From positions 495,317 through 559,316 of the forward strand of contig CAVOJZ010000002.1 in the NCBI GenBank assembly GCA_963696395.1: a stretch of DNA of 64,000 nt. Direction: 5' to 3'. The notes beneath the pieces are model-generated. The model was not told where the DNA came from. It saw nothing but the letters and a program-made list of their open reading frames with translations, and made no database searches. Shown here piece by piece: positions 34,334 through 43,211 of the stretch (position 1 is the first letter of the stretch; every line of letters starts with the position of its first letter). The stretch is from an uncultured bacterium (lineage in GTDB: Bacteria; Patescibacteriota; Minisyncoccia; UBA6257; 2-01-FULL-56-20). The position numbers and the translations under genes are program-made.

Positions 34334-34414
34334 GCTGGGGTGGCGAAATGGCAGACGCACTAGCTTTAGGAGCTAGCGCCGAAAGGCATGCGGGTTCAAG
34401 TCCCGCCCCCAGCA
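34334..34414 (+). tRNA. tRNA-Leu (anticodon TAG), class II with long variable arm
   Basis: GCTGGGG acceptor, anticodon stem CTAGC/GCTAG with loop TTTAGGA, variable arm CGCCGAAAGGCAT, T-arm GCGGG-TTCAAGT-CCCGC. Confidence 0.75.
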
Positions 34415-34654
34415 CAAAAATCTTTCACTAGATAAATCAGGGGCAATTTGAGGTATTGGAGTCCAGACGGAGAACTGGACGATGACCTCGTTGATCTAGT
34501 TTTGATTTGGGCAAAACACCTGGCGACGCCCCCAGTGTACGAAGCGGTAACAAAGATTTTAGCCCAACAAAGGTTGGGCTATTTTCTTATATACTTATCC
34601 CCACCTCCTCATTTTGCCCCCCCCCAGAACACGGTAAACTGATAAGTAAGTTAC

Positions 34655-37600
34655 ATGGCAGTATCCTCGAAGCAATTAGTTCTTGCCGAGGGGCAGACAA
34701 AACAACCACTCTCCACAAAGAGCTCCTTCAAGCCGAGCAAACAACAGAAGAAATCCCTCTATATATTGATCGCCCTTGGGCTTGTCTGTTTTGGGGTGCA
34801 GGCGAAGCAGGCACATGCGGCGATTTCATTGGTGGCCACGAGTAGCGCAACGGCAGGCGGGAGTAGTGTTACCACCCCCGCAATCAACACGACAGGCGCT
34901 TCTCTCATTGTCGTGGTGGGTTCCACTAATGCAGGTACGTCAACCGTATCTGATAACAAAAGCAATACTTGGCATGTGTTATCTACCTGGGCGGGAGGTA
35001 ATAATGATATACAAATATTCTACGCATATACCCCTACTACGAGCTCTACCCAGACTTTCACGATCACCAGTGTCGGTTCGGGTAACTATCCGAGTTTAGT
35101 AGTGTCTGCATGGTCGGGGACGCTCGCCACCTCAGCGGTGTTCGACACCCAGAACGGTTCTAGCACCACAAATAGTGTTACCTCTTTCGGTACCGGCTCC
35201 ATAACCCCCGCGTCGATGGGAGAACTCCTCATCGGGGGTTTGGGCATGGGTCCCTGCACAGCACCGACGAACATATCCCTAAGTCCGGGATTCTCCATTC
35301 TCGGTTCGAACGGCGTTACCGGATGCCAGGGGGAAGCAGTGTCATCCGCCTATCTCATCGATTCGAGTACGAACGCTATCGGGCCACAATGGTCGTGGTC
35401 ACCCATTGTGGGCGGCGTGGTCACGGACATCGCGGCGTTTGAATCGGCAGTTCCCAGCATTTCTTCATTCTCTGCATCTCCCTCCGCTATTGGCTCTGGC
35501 GCTTCATCCACTCTTTCGTGGAACGTCACGAATGCCTCCTCCGTCGCCATTACTCCCGGCAGCTTCTCCACCTCTACCCTCATTGCTTCTACCACGGTGA
35601 GTCCCACCTCCACCACAATCTATACCCTCACTGCCACGAACGCCAATGGCACAAGCACTGCAACAACAACCGTCACGGTGGACAACACCACCCCCACGAC
35701 CCCTACGAGCGTCGTTGCCACCGCGTTCTCGGGATCACAGATCAATCTCACCTGGGCCAGCTCCACGGATAGTGGGGGATCGGGTATTGCTGGCTACAAT
35801 ATCTTCAGGTGCACGGGTGGAGCTTGTACCCCGAATACAAGGGTTGCGACCTCATCCGGTGCTTTATACAGCGACACCGGTCTCAGTGCCTCGACTACTT
35901 ATACGTATGCTATCCAGGCATATAACGGGGTGGGTACCGTTTCCGCAACCTCCACCACGGCGAGCGCAACGACCTTGCCCCCAAACACCATCGATGCGGC
36001 TTCATGCAGTGAGAGTGCTGTGCAGACGGCGATCAGTAACGCTTCGTCTGGCTATACCGTCGTTATCCCATCGGGTACCTGCACGTGGACAAGCGAATTA
36101 TCGATCACGACGCCCATTACGCTCACAGGAACTGGCACGCCGAATTCAGGATCAGGAACGACCGGCGCGGCGACCCCATCAACCATCATCATAGATAACG
36201 GAGGTTCCAGTAACCCGTTGATGCTATTTGAGCCAAGTTATGGTAGTCCTGATGTGCGCCTTTCGATGTTGGCTATCGATCCGTACAGTACTTCTACTGC
36301 ACTTACTGACCCGATATGGATTGAAGGCGCATGTGCCGCCGGGGGATGCCCATACGTACGAATCGACAATCTTACATTCGGATTGAACACCTATTGGTCC
36401 GAAGGTGGCAACGGTTCAAATGCTGAGGCAGGAATTCTCGCGGAAAACGTGTTTGGCGTTGTTGACCATAACACAATCGGGAGCATAGCAACGCCAGCCA
36501 ACAACTTCGAATTGTTTAACGCTCAGCTGGGATCGTACCTCGGGATAGGGCAGTACGGGGATAACTCATGGGTACAGCCGGACTCGTTTGGCGGAGCCAA
36601 TAACCTATACGCGGAGAACAACCTGGACTACGACGCGGGCTATTTGCCGATGACCGACGCCGAGCAGGATTCTGAGTTCGCGATCCGTGGCGGGAGTCGC
36701 GTGGTTGCGCGGGACAACGTTTTACACCAAGGTTCCGGGAATACGGGCGGCTACGGACTATTTCAGGATCATGGCACCGATTCGGGGGGGAGGGCGCGCG
36801 GATCACGCGAAGCTGAAGTTTACGACAATTTCATTTATTGTGATGGAACCACTACAAACTGCTCAGGCGTAGATGGCGCATTGCGCAGCGGGACGGGACT
36901 GTTCTTTGGCAATAGCTTTACATCTGCGTTAGGCTCGGGGCCATGGGTTAGCCTAGCGCTTTATCGCAACGACACGGCGTCATGGAGTCCTTTTTCTCCG
37001 AACTGCGGCGGCTTTGATCCATGGGACAATAACGACAACGCCAGCGTTAGCTCAGTCTATACCATTACCTCCACAAGCACGGGCGCGATCAACGATACCA
37101 GTGCCGGATGGACTGCGGGCCAGTTTGCCCCCGTCGCTGGATCGAACGCATACCTCTTCTATGATGTGACCGCTTCAGCGAATCCGGTCGTAGCCGCGAT
37201 CACCGGAAACACGGCCACACAGCTATCATTGGGAGCTTTTACAGGCGGCACGCCGTCTCCCGGTGACACCTTTGTGATCGTCGGGAGTCATCTTTACTAT
37301 GCGGGCACGGTCACTGCTGTCTCTGGCACTGGCGGGACAGGAAACACCGGAATGACTAACAGCGCCGCCAATTTCGGAAGTACAAACTCCCTGATTCCGT
37401 CTGGTGCGCCATATTCAGTGTTTGATGCCACTGGGGGGTGGGGCGGTGAGATCTCCGGTAATACCTCGACTACTATTACAGTGCAGGGTTACATTGGTTA
37501 TGGCCCGTATGGATTCTCGGTCAGCGACACGTATTGGGTAACCCGTGCGACCGTATGTATCGATCAGCCAACGCGCGGGCAGCAGACCAGTTCCATGCTC

Positions 37601-40525
37601 TCGGGTCTGCCTATCTCACCGATTGGCGTGGTTACGGAATCTATTGACCCTGTCTACCAGTGGGACGACACCACGACAGAAGCAAGCACCAACGGAAATA
37701 TTACATCCGGGTCGCTGCGACTTATTGCTAATAGAGACTACTATGCACAAGCGGGCGGTATTCAGACCACCTCCACGAGCCCGTTCAATGGGACAAGCGG
37801 AACGGGATGGGGAATATTCGCCGACCGCCCCATGACCTGCACCGCGAATCCTGAGGGAGGAGGATCCGCTGGAGTAGGATATTTCGCCACCGATGCGGAC
37901 AATGGCAATGGCATACTGTATACCTGCAACGCTACGAACACTTGGGTTGCCCACTATCAGCCAGCCCCGTATCCATATGCCCTAACCGCCTCTGGCCTCC
38001 CTAACGACCCCACGCTCACCACGACCAGTACTCTCGCGAACGAGGGCTCGATCTCTCAGTTCCCCACGGGGCAGAACTTTATCGCAGGCACAAACGTCAC
38101 TTTGACCGCGAATGCCTCTTCCGGCTATGTTTTCTCTGGCTGGACTGGCAGCGTCACTACGAGCACCAATCCTCTGGCTGTCACCGTCAACAGCAACATG
38201 ACACTTGCCGCGAATTTCACCTCGCAAGCTAGTTCCACCCCCGCCATCACCTCCTTCTCCGCCGCTCCCTCTGAAGTTCTCTCCACAGGAACATCAACCC
38301 TTTCCTGGAACATCTCCAACGCCTCTTCCGTCGCCGTCACCCCAGGAAGCTTCTCGACATCCACCCTCATTGCATCGACCACGGTAAACCCTACCTCAAC
38401 AACCTTGTATACCCTGACGGCTACCAATGGAAACGGAACCAGTACCGCGACAACGACCGTGACCGTGGATATAGTCACGCCCACAACGCCGGCCTCAGTC
38501 GTCGCGACTGCTACCGGCACCTCTACGATTTCCCTTACCTGGGCCTCATCGACTGACGGTAGCGGACCTGGTCTTGCAGGTTACAACATTTTCAGATGTG
38601 CCGGCTCTTGCACGCCTTCCACAAGCATCGCCACATCTTCAGGAGCTTCGTACAACGACTCAGGTCTCACGGCCTCCACCACATATACTTATGCGGTTTC
38701 CGCCTATGACACCCTGGGACTCACTTCGGCGACATCAACGAATGCCTCTGCGACAACTCCAAGCGCCGCGCTGCCTTCCATCTCCTCCTTCTCGTTCTCC
38801 TCCTCTTCTATAACCCTCGGCTCATCATCTCTCCTGTCGTGGAATGTGAGTAATGCCTCATCGGTCGCACTCTCTGGCAACAATCTCAGCTTCTCAACCA
38901 GTACCGCCTCAAGCTCAGTCTCCGTCACTCCGGACGCCACGGGCACCTTCGTCTACACGCTTTCTGCCTCAAATACGAACGGGACCTCGACTGCGACCAC
39001 AAGCATCATGGTAGCTGCGGAGAATACCACCTCTTCTCCTCCCCAAAACCTTTCTGCCACTCCGAGTAACGCCTCAGTCTCTCTCTCTTGGGATACCCCC
39101 TCATCCAACGGGGGATCAGCGCTCACGGAATACCTCGTCTATGACCGTTTCACCGGATCGAGTACCTTTGCCTTTTATTCGACGACCTCTCCCTCGGTGA
39201 CGACCTCAACCGTATCTTCCCTCACGAACGGCCAGAGCTATGACTTCGAGATCATTGCCCAAAATGGAGTAGGGACCTCAACCCCTTCCAATATCGTCTC
39301 GTCAACGCCGTATACGATTCCCAACCCTCCCACCTCAGTCTCTGCCACCGCAGGCAATGCAGAGGCAACCGTCTCTTTCTCAGCTCCCACCTCAACCGGA
39401 GGCTCTCCGATCCTCTATTACACCGCCACGAGTAATCCTGGCAGCATCTCCGCCTCTTCAACGGCAGCTCCCATCTCCGTTCAGAACCTCACGAACGGGC
39501 AGAGCTATACCTTCACCGTCACGGCAACAAATGCCGCAGGAACCAGCGCATCTTCCTCTCCCTCAAATAGCGTCACCCCCACGAGTTCCGCCCCCCTGAT
39601 CGCTTCCTTCTCGGCGTCTCCTCTCTACACCCAACCTGACATCACAAGCACCCTCTCCTGGAGTGTCAGTAACGCTTCCTCCGTCACGATCACCCCAGGG
39701 AATTTCAGCACAAGCACCCTTGCGGGAGCCTGGGACGTGAATCCCACGAGCACGACCACGTATATCCTCACGGCTTTATCCAACGGCAATGGCACCTCCA
39801 CCGCAGAGACGACAATCACTGTCCAAAGCACCCCTCCGAGCGTCCCCACTGGTCTATCGGCAAACGCAGTATCCGTTTCCGAGATTGATCTCTCCTGGAC
39901 TGCATCCACCAGCACCATCCCCATTGCAGGCTATGACGTCTACCAGGACAGCACAAAGATCGCGACCACGAGCGCTACCTCCTACCAAAGCACTGGCCTT
40001 TCCCCCAATACCACTTACAGCTATACCGTGGATGCCTTTGATGCCGCTGGCAACGTATCGGGAGAGAGTTCCAGTACTTCAGCGACGACCCAAGTCCAGC
40101 AATCTGGAAGTGGCGGAGGCGGAGGAGGAGGTGGAGGTGGTTGCTACTACAACTGCAGCTATGGAGGTTCTTCTTCCACAAGCACACCCTCAAGCACAGG
40201 ATCAGGAAGCTCATCTTCTCTCCTCGCAACCCTTCTCGCAGAACTGGAAGCCCTGATCAAAGCAATGAATACCCAATTAGTCACGTCTTTCACACGAAAC
40301 CTCACCATTGGATCACGAGGAACCGATGTCCAAAACCTCCAGATCTTCCTGAATGACAATGGATACCCGATCGCAAGCTCAGGAGCAGGATCAATCGGCA
40401 AAGAATCCACCTACTTTGGCGCAAAGACACAAGAAGCCTTGGCCAAGTGGCAGAAGGCTAATCATCTTCCTGCTACCGGATTCTTTGGAGGACTGACGCG
40501 GGGGGAGATGGAGAAGCTGTACTAG
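34655..40525 (+). CDS. giant (1956 aa) cell-surface protein: N-terminal TM anchor, multiple fibronectin-III-like/Ig-like repeats, beta-helix-like central region, poly-Gly tract, C-terminal peptidoglycan-binding (PG_binding_1) domain
   Basis: repeated ~110-aa modules ending ...LTWASSTD.SG.G.AGYNIFRC. C-terminal LTIGSRGTDVQNLQIFLNDNGY...FGAKTQEALAKWQKANHLPATGFFGGLT matches PG_binding_1. Confidence 0.6.
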   Translation: MAVSSKQLVLAEGQTKQPLSTKSSFKPSKQQKKSLYILIALGLVCFGVQAKQAHAAISLVATSSATAGGSSVTTPAINTTGASLIVVVGSTNAGTSTVSDNKSNTWHVLSTWAGGNNDIQIFYAYTPTTSSTQTFTITSVGSGNYPSLVVSAWSGTLATSAVFDTQNGSSTTNSVTSFGTGSITPASMGELLIGGLGMGPCTAPTNISLSPGFSILGSNGVTGCQGEAVSSAYLIDSSTNAIGPQWSWSPIVGGVVTDIAAFESAVPSISSFSASPSAIGSGASSTLSWNVTNASSVAITPGSFSTSTLIASTTVSPTSTTIYTLTATNANGTSTATTTVTVDNTTPTTPTSVVATAFSGSQINLTWASSTDSGGSGIAGYNIFRCTGGACTPNTRVATSSGALYSDTGLSASTTYTYAIQAYNGVGTVSATSTTASATTLPPNTIDAASCSESAVQTAISNASSGYTVVIPSGTCTWTSELSITTPITLTGTGTPNSGSGTTGAATPSTIIIDNGGSSNPLMLFEPSYGSPDVRLSMLAIDPYSTSTALTDPIWIEGACAAGGCPYVRIDNLTFGLNTYWSEGGNGSNAEAGILAENVFGVVDHNTIGSIATPANNFELFNAQLGSYLGIGQYGDNSWVQPDSFGGANNLYAENNLDYDAGYLPMTDAEQDSEFAIRGGSRVVARDNVLHQGSGNTGGYGLFQDHGTDSGGRARGSREAEVYDNFIYCDGTTTNCSGVDGALRSGTGLFFGNSFTSALGSGPWVSLALYRNDTASWSPFSPNCGGFDPWDNNDNASVSSVYTITSTSTGAINDTSAGWTAGQFAPVAGSNAYLFYDVTASANPVVAAITGNTATQLSLGAFTGGTPSPGDTFVIVGSHLYYAGTVTAVSGTGGTGNTGMTNSAANFGSTNSLIPSGAPYSVFDATGGWGGEISGNTSTTITVQGYIGYGPYGFSVSDTYWVTRATVCIDQPTRGQQTSSMLSGLPISPIGVVTESIDPVYQWDDTTTEASTNGNITSGSLRLIANRDYYAQAGGIQTTSTSPFNGTSGTGWGIFADRPMTCTANPEGGGSAGVGYFATDADNGNGILYTCNATNTWVAHYQPAPYPYALTASGLPNDPTLTTTSTLANEGSISQFPTGQNFIAGTNVTLTANASSGYVFSGWTGSVTTSTNPLAVTVNSNMTLAANFTSQASSTPAITSFSAAPSEVLSTGTSTLSWNISNASSVAVTPGSFSTSTLIASTTVNPTSTTLYTLTATNGNGTSTATTTVTVDIVTPTTPASVVATATGTSTISLTWASSTDGSGPGLAGYNIFRCAGSCTPSTSIATSSGASYNDSGLTASTTYTYAVSAYDTLGLTSATSTNASATTPSAALPSISSFSFSSSSITLGSSSLLSWNVSNASSVALSGNNLSFSTSTASSSVSVTPDATGTFVYTLSASNTNGTSTATTSIMVAAENTTSSPPQNLSATPSNASVSLSWDTPSSNGGSALTEYLVYDRFTGSSTFAFYSTTSPSVTTSTVSSLTNGQSYDFEIIAQNGVGTSTPSNIVSSTPYTIPNPPTSVSATAGNAEATVSFSAPTSTGGSPILYYTATSNPGSISASSTAAPISVQNLTNGQSYTFTVTATNAAGTSASSSPSNSVTPTSSAPLIASFSASPLYTQPDITSTLSWSVSNASSVTITPGNFSTSTLAGAWDVNPTSTTTYILTALSNGNGTSTAETTITVQSTPPSVPTGLSANAVSVSEIDLSWTASTSTIPIAGYDVYQDSTKIATTSATSYQSTGLSPNTTYSYTVDAFDAAGNVSGESSSTSATTQVQQSGSGGGGGGGGGGCYYNCSYGGSSSTSTPSSTGSGSSSSLLATLLAELEALIKAMNTQLVTSFTRNLTIGSRGTDVQNLQIFLNDNGYPIASSGAGSIGKESTYFGAKTQEALAKWQKANHLPATGFFGGLTRGEMEKLY
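35455..35816 (+). repeat. intragenic repeat copy A (~360 bp), near-identical at the protein level to copy B
   Basis: SISSFSASPSAIGS...GYNIFRC versus AITSFSAAPSEVLS...GYNIFRC. Confidence 0.6.
38241..38600 (+). repeat. intragenic repeat copy B
   Basis: see copy A. Further diverged copies near 38770 and 39600. Confidence 0.6.
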
Positions 40526-40608
40526 AAGGAGGCAGCAAAAAAGAAATTTCCTAAGATTTTTGCCTAAAGTTCACCGTGCATTAGGATAGTACAAATGGCC
40601 ACTCATCA

Positions 40609-41043
40609 ATGAAAAAGGTAGGGAATAAAACCAAAGTTTGCAGCAGGGGACATAAGTGCTCGGGCAGTGGATTATGCCCGGTTTGCTGGCCGTCGGGGGC
40701 TGTGGATGCTTACATCCGTAAGGCGCCAAAGGGAGCACGTTCAAAATTAATGGAAATGCGTAAGACAATACGATCGGTCGCGCCAGATGCTCTGGAAGGT
40801 ATAAGTTATAAGATGCCAGCATTCGACAACGGTCGCATAGCATGGTTCGCTAGTATGAGGGGTTATATCGGACTGTATCTCCGCCCGCCGATTATTGAGA
40901 ACCACAAGAAAGAATTGGCGCGATATAAAACTACAAAGTCCGCCATCCATTTTCTCTTGGATGAGAAGCTCCCCATCGCACTGATTAAAAAACTTATCAG
41001 GTCACGCATGAAAACACGGAGCAAATCAGACGCGCGATACTGA
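40609..41043 (+). CDS. DUF1801 (YdhG-like) domain protein with an N-terminal Cys4 zinc-ribbon-like motif
   Basis: C..GH.C......CP.C at the N-terminus. ...YKMPAF..GRIAWFASMRGYIGLY resembles DUF1801. Confidence 0.45.
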   Translation: MKKVGNKTKVCSRGHKCSGSGLCPVCWPSGAVDAYIRKAPKGARSKLMEMRKTIRSVAPDALEGISYKMPAFDNGRIAWFASMRGYIGLYLRPPIIENHKKELARYKTTKSAIHFLLDEKLPIALIKKLIRSRMKTRSKSDARY

Positions 41044-41209
41044 GGCAACCTAAAGTCCACCTTGAACCAGAGCATTGCAGTGGGGTGAAGCGATTGAGAT
41101 TGCGCCATTATGCGGATGCTTTGATGGGCAATGATGCTATGAAAACCTTGCCTTGATTGGCTCGTATGCTGGTTCCAATAGCGTCCACGAGGCTGCACAC
41201 ATGCGGACG

Positions 41210-42097
41210 CTATTCTTTTCTCCTGTTCCCGTGAAATGCCTTGTGCACTTCGCGAAGTTCCTTGTTGGTGAGGTGCGTGTAGATCTGCGTCGTTGAGATA
41301 TTGGCGTGGCCGAGCAGTTCCTGCACCGACCGGAGGTCGGCGCCATTCACAAGAAGATCGGTTGCAAAGCTGTGGCGAAGCTGGTGAGCGTGGATATGCT
41401 TTGGAATCCCGGCTTCGCGTGCGCGGCGCTCAACGACGCGCTGGACCGCGCGCGGGGTAACAGGACCGATCACCTTCCCGGATTTATCCAGGCTCACGAA
41501 TAATTTCTCCTCGGGGTCACTGCGCTTTTCCATGTAAAGTTTAATCGCTTCACGCGCCGAGTCGGATATGAATACCACGCGCAACTTGTCGCCTTTGCCG
41601 CGCACGGTGACTTCGCCCCGGCGAAGGTCAATGTAACGACTCAGAGAGCAAAGCTCGGACAGACGAAGGCCGGTTGAGAAAAAAACCTCAAGGATAGCGC
41701 GGTCGCGCAAGGCGCGGATATCATTTCCCTTTGGCGCGGAAAGCAATCGTTCGAGGTCGCCATATTCAAGCACCTCAATTTGCCGCGAAGGTGTTTTGGG
41801 AAGCTCAATTTTTTCCGCCGCAAGCGCCTTTATATCCCGCTTCGCCAGATATTTCAAAAAATTCCGAATAGCGATGACATAGTAGCTTTGTGTAAGTTTT
41901 TTGAGGTCGCGGCGAGCGAGAGCGAGGCGGAATTCGCGAACCGCCGAATCCGTTATCTCCCGCGCAAGTTTTACTTTAGAAAATTTTAAGAATTCATTCA
42001 GATAATGTTCGTAATTTTCGCGCGTCTTCGGCGATCGGTTTTTTTCGATCTCAAGATAGTTCAGATAATCGTGCAACAATGTTTCGACTTCGGTCAT
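41210..42097 (-). CDS. tyrosine site-specific recombinase XerC/XerD family
   Basis: C-terminal catalytic region HQLRHSFATDLLVNGADLRSVQELLGHANISTTQIYTHL. Start placed at ATG 42097 (MTEVETLL) to avoid overlap with rpsO. Confidence 0.75.
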   Translation of the reverse strand: MTEVETLLHDYLNYLEIEKNRSPKTRENYEHYLNEFLKFSKVKLAREITDSAVREFRLALARRDLKKLTQSYYVIAIRNFLKYLAKRDIKALAAEKIELPKTPSRQIEVLEYGDLERLLSAPKGNDIRALRDRAILEVFFSTGLRLSELCSLSRYIDLRRGEVTVRGKGDKLRVVFISDSAREAIKLYMEKRSDPEEKLFVSLDKSGKVIGPVTPRAVQRVVERRAREAGIPKHIHAHQLRHSFATDLLVNGADLRSVQELLGHANISTTQIYTHLTNKELREVHKAFHGNRRKE

Positions 42098-42186
42098 GTT
42101 ACCAGTATACCGCGATCTGTCGTAAAAGGGGGAGCCAAGGCGCACGGGCTTGCGCTTTTCGTCTAAGCGCGTTATAATAGGTTGTA

Positions 42187-42453
42187 ATGTTAACCAAGCG
42201 AGTAAAAGCCCGCATAATCGGGGAAAGTGCAAAGCACGATAAGGACACCGGCTCAGCCGGCGTTCAAATTTCGGTTGTTTCACGCCAGATCGATGAGTTG
42301 GCTTCTCACCTCAAGAAAAATCCAAAAGACAATCATTCGCGTCGTGGTCTTTTAAAAATGGTTTCCAAGCGGCGCAAACTTTTGGCATACATGAAGAAGA
42401 AAGAAGGGTCTGCATACGAAAAGTTGATTAAAAAGTTGGATCTCAAGCGTTAG
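42187..42453 (+). CDS. rpsO: 30S ribosomal protein S15
   Basis: 88 aa. DTGSAGVQISVVSRQIDELASHLKKNPKDNHSRRGLLKMVSKRRKLLAY matches the S15 signature. Confidence 0.85.
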   Translation: MLTKRVKARIIGESAKHDKDTGSAGVQISVVSRQIDELASHLKKNPKDNHSRRGLLKMVSKRRKLLAYMKKKEGSAYEKLIKKLDLKR

Positions 42454-42484
42454 CGCTTACGGCACGGGCCGATGTTAAATTTTA

Positions 42485-43090
42485 ATGAAGCAAGCTCCTA
42501 GCTATTCAAACCAACGGGTCGGGATTTTTGTTGATGTACAAAATTTGTACCATTCGGCAAAAAATCTCCACCATGCCCGCGTAAATTACGCCGAGCTCAT
42601 GAAGAACCTTGTCGCAGGACGGCAGCTCATCCGCGCCATGGCGTACGTCATTAAAAGTGAAGGCGTGGAACCCCAGCGCCCTACAACACCGCGTGCGGGT
42701 ACGAATGGTGGTGGCGCACAGGCAAATGGCGCCGACAATGAAGCAGGCGGCGGATCTTCCGAAGCGAGTTTTTTCGAGGCGCTTGAAAAAGCCGGCCTCG
42801 AATTGCGCATGAAAGACTTGCAGATTTTTGCGGGCGGCATGAAGAAGGCCGACTGGGATGTCGGTATGGCGGTTGACGCAATCCGTATGTCGCCGTTCCT
42901 TGATGTTGTTATTCTCGTCACCGGCGATGGTGATTTTCTGCCCCTGGTCGATTATCTAAAATGGGGAGCGGGAAGGCTCGTGGAGGTTGCGGCATTTCGC
43001 CGCAGTGCATCGGCAAAGATTCAGGAGGCGGCGGACCGATTCATCAGCATTGAGGATGTTCCGAAAGCGATTATGAAAACGAGGTATTAA
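42485..43090 (+). CDS. NYN-domain (LabA-like, PIN-related) protein inserted between rpsO and pnp
   Basis: VGIFVDVQNLYHS...VILVTGDGDFLPLV signature of NYN/LabA, with a Gly/Asn-rich low-complexity insert. Confidence 0.55.
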   Translation: MKQAPSYSNQRVGIFVDVQNLYHSAKNLHHARVNYAELMKNLVAGRQLIRAMAYVIKSEGVEPQRPTTPRAGTNGGGAQANGADNEAGGGSSEASFFEALEKAGLELRMKDLQIFAGGMKKADWDVGMAVDAIRMSPFLDVVILVTGDGDFLPLVDYLKWGAGRLVEVAAFRRSASAKIQEAADRFISIEDVPKAIMKTRY

Positions 43091-43211
43091 AAATAAATTA
43101 AACGCGCGAATGGAGTAGTCATTCCGAGCTTTGCGAGGAACAAACAATGTTCTTCCTAAAGCTCAGGATGACAACTATCTCCGTCGATTCGTGCAGTAAA
43201 ACATTAAACAT

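Noticed and set aside
34655-40525. Possible CRISPR-like periodic repeats inside the giant gene
   Set aside because: The repeats are 360-bp in-frame coding modules, not 25-40-bp direct repeats with unique spacers. No cas genes are present.
41210-42283. Long 357-aa version of the Xer recombinase ORF
   Set aside because: The N-terminal 62 codons overlap rpsO on the opposite strand. The internal ATG at 42097 gives a canonical ~295-aa XerC/D length.
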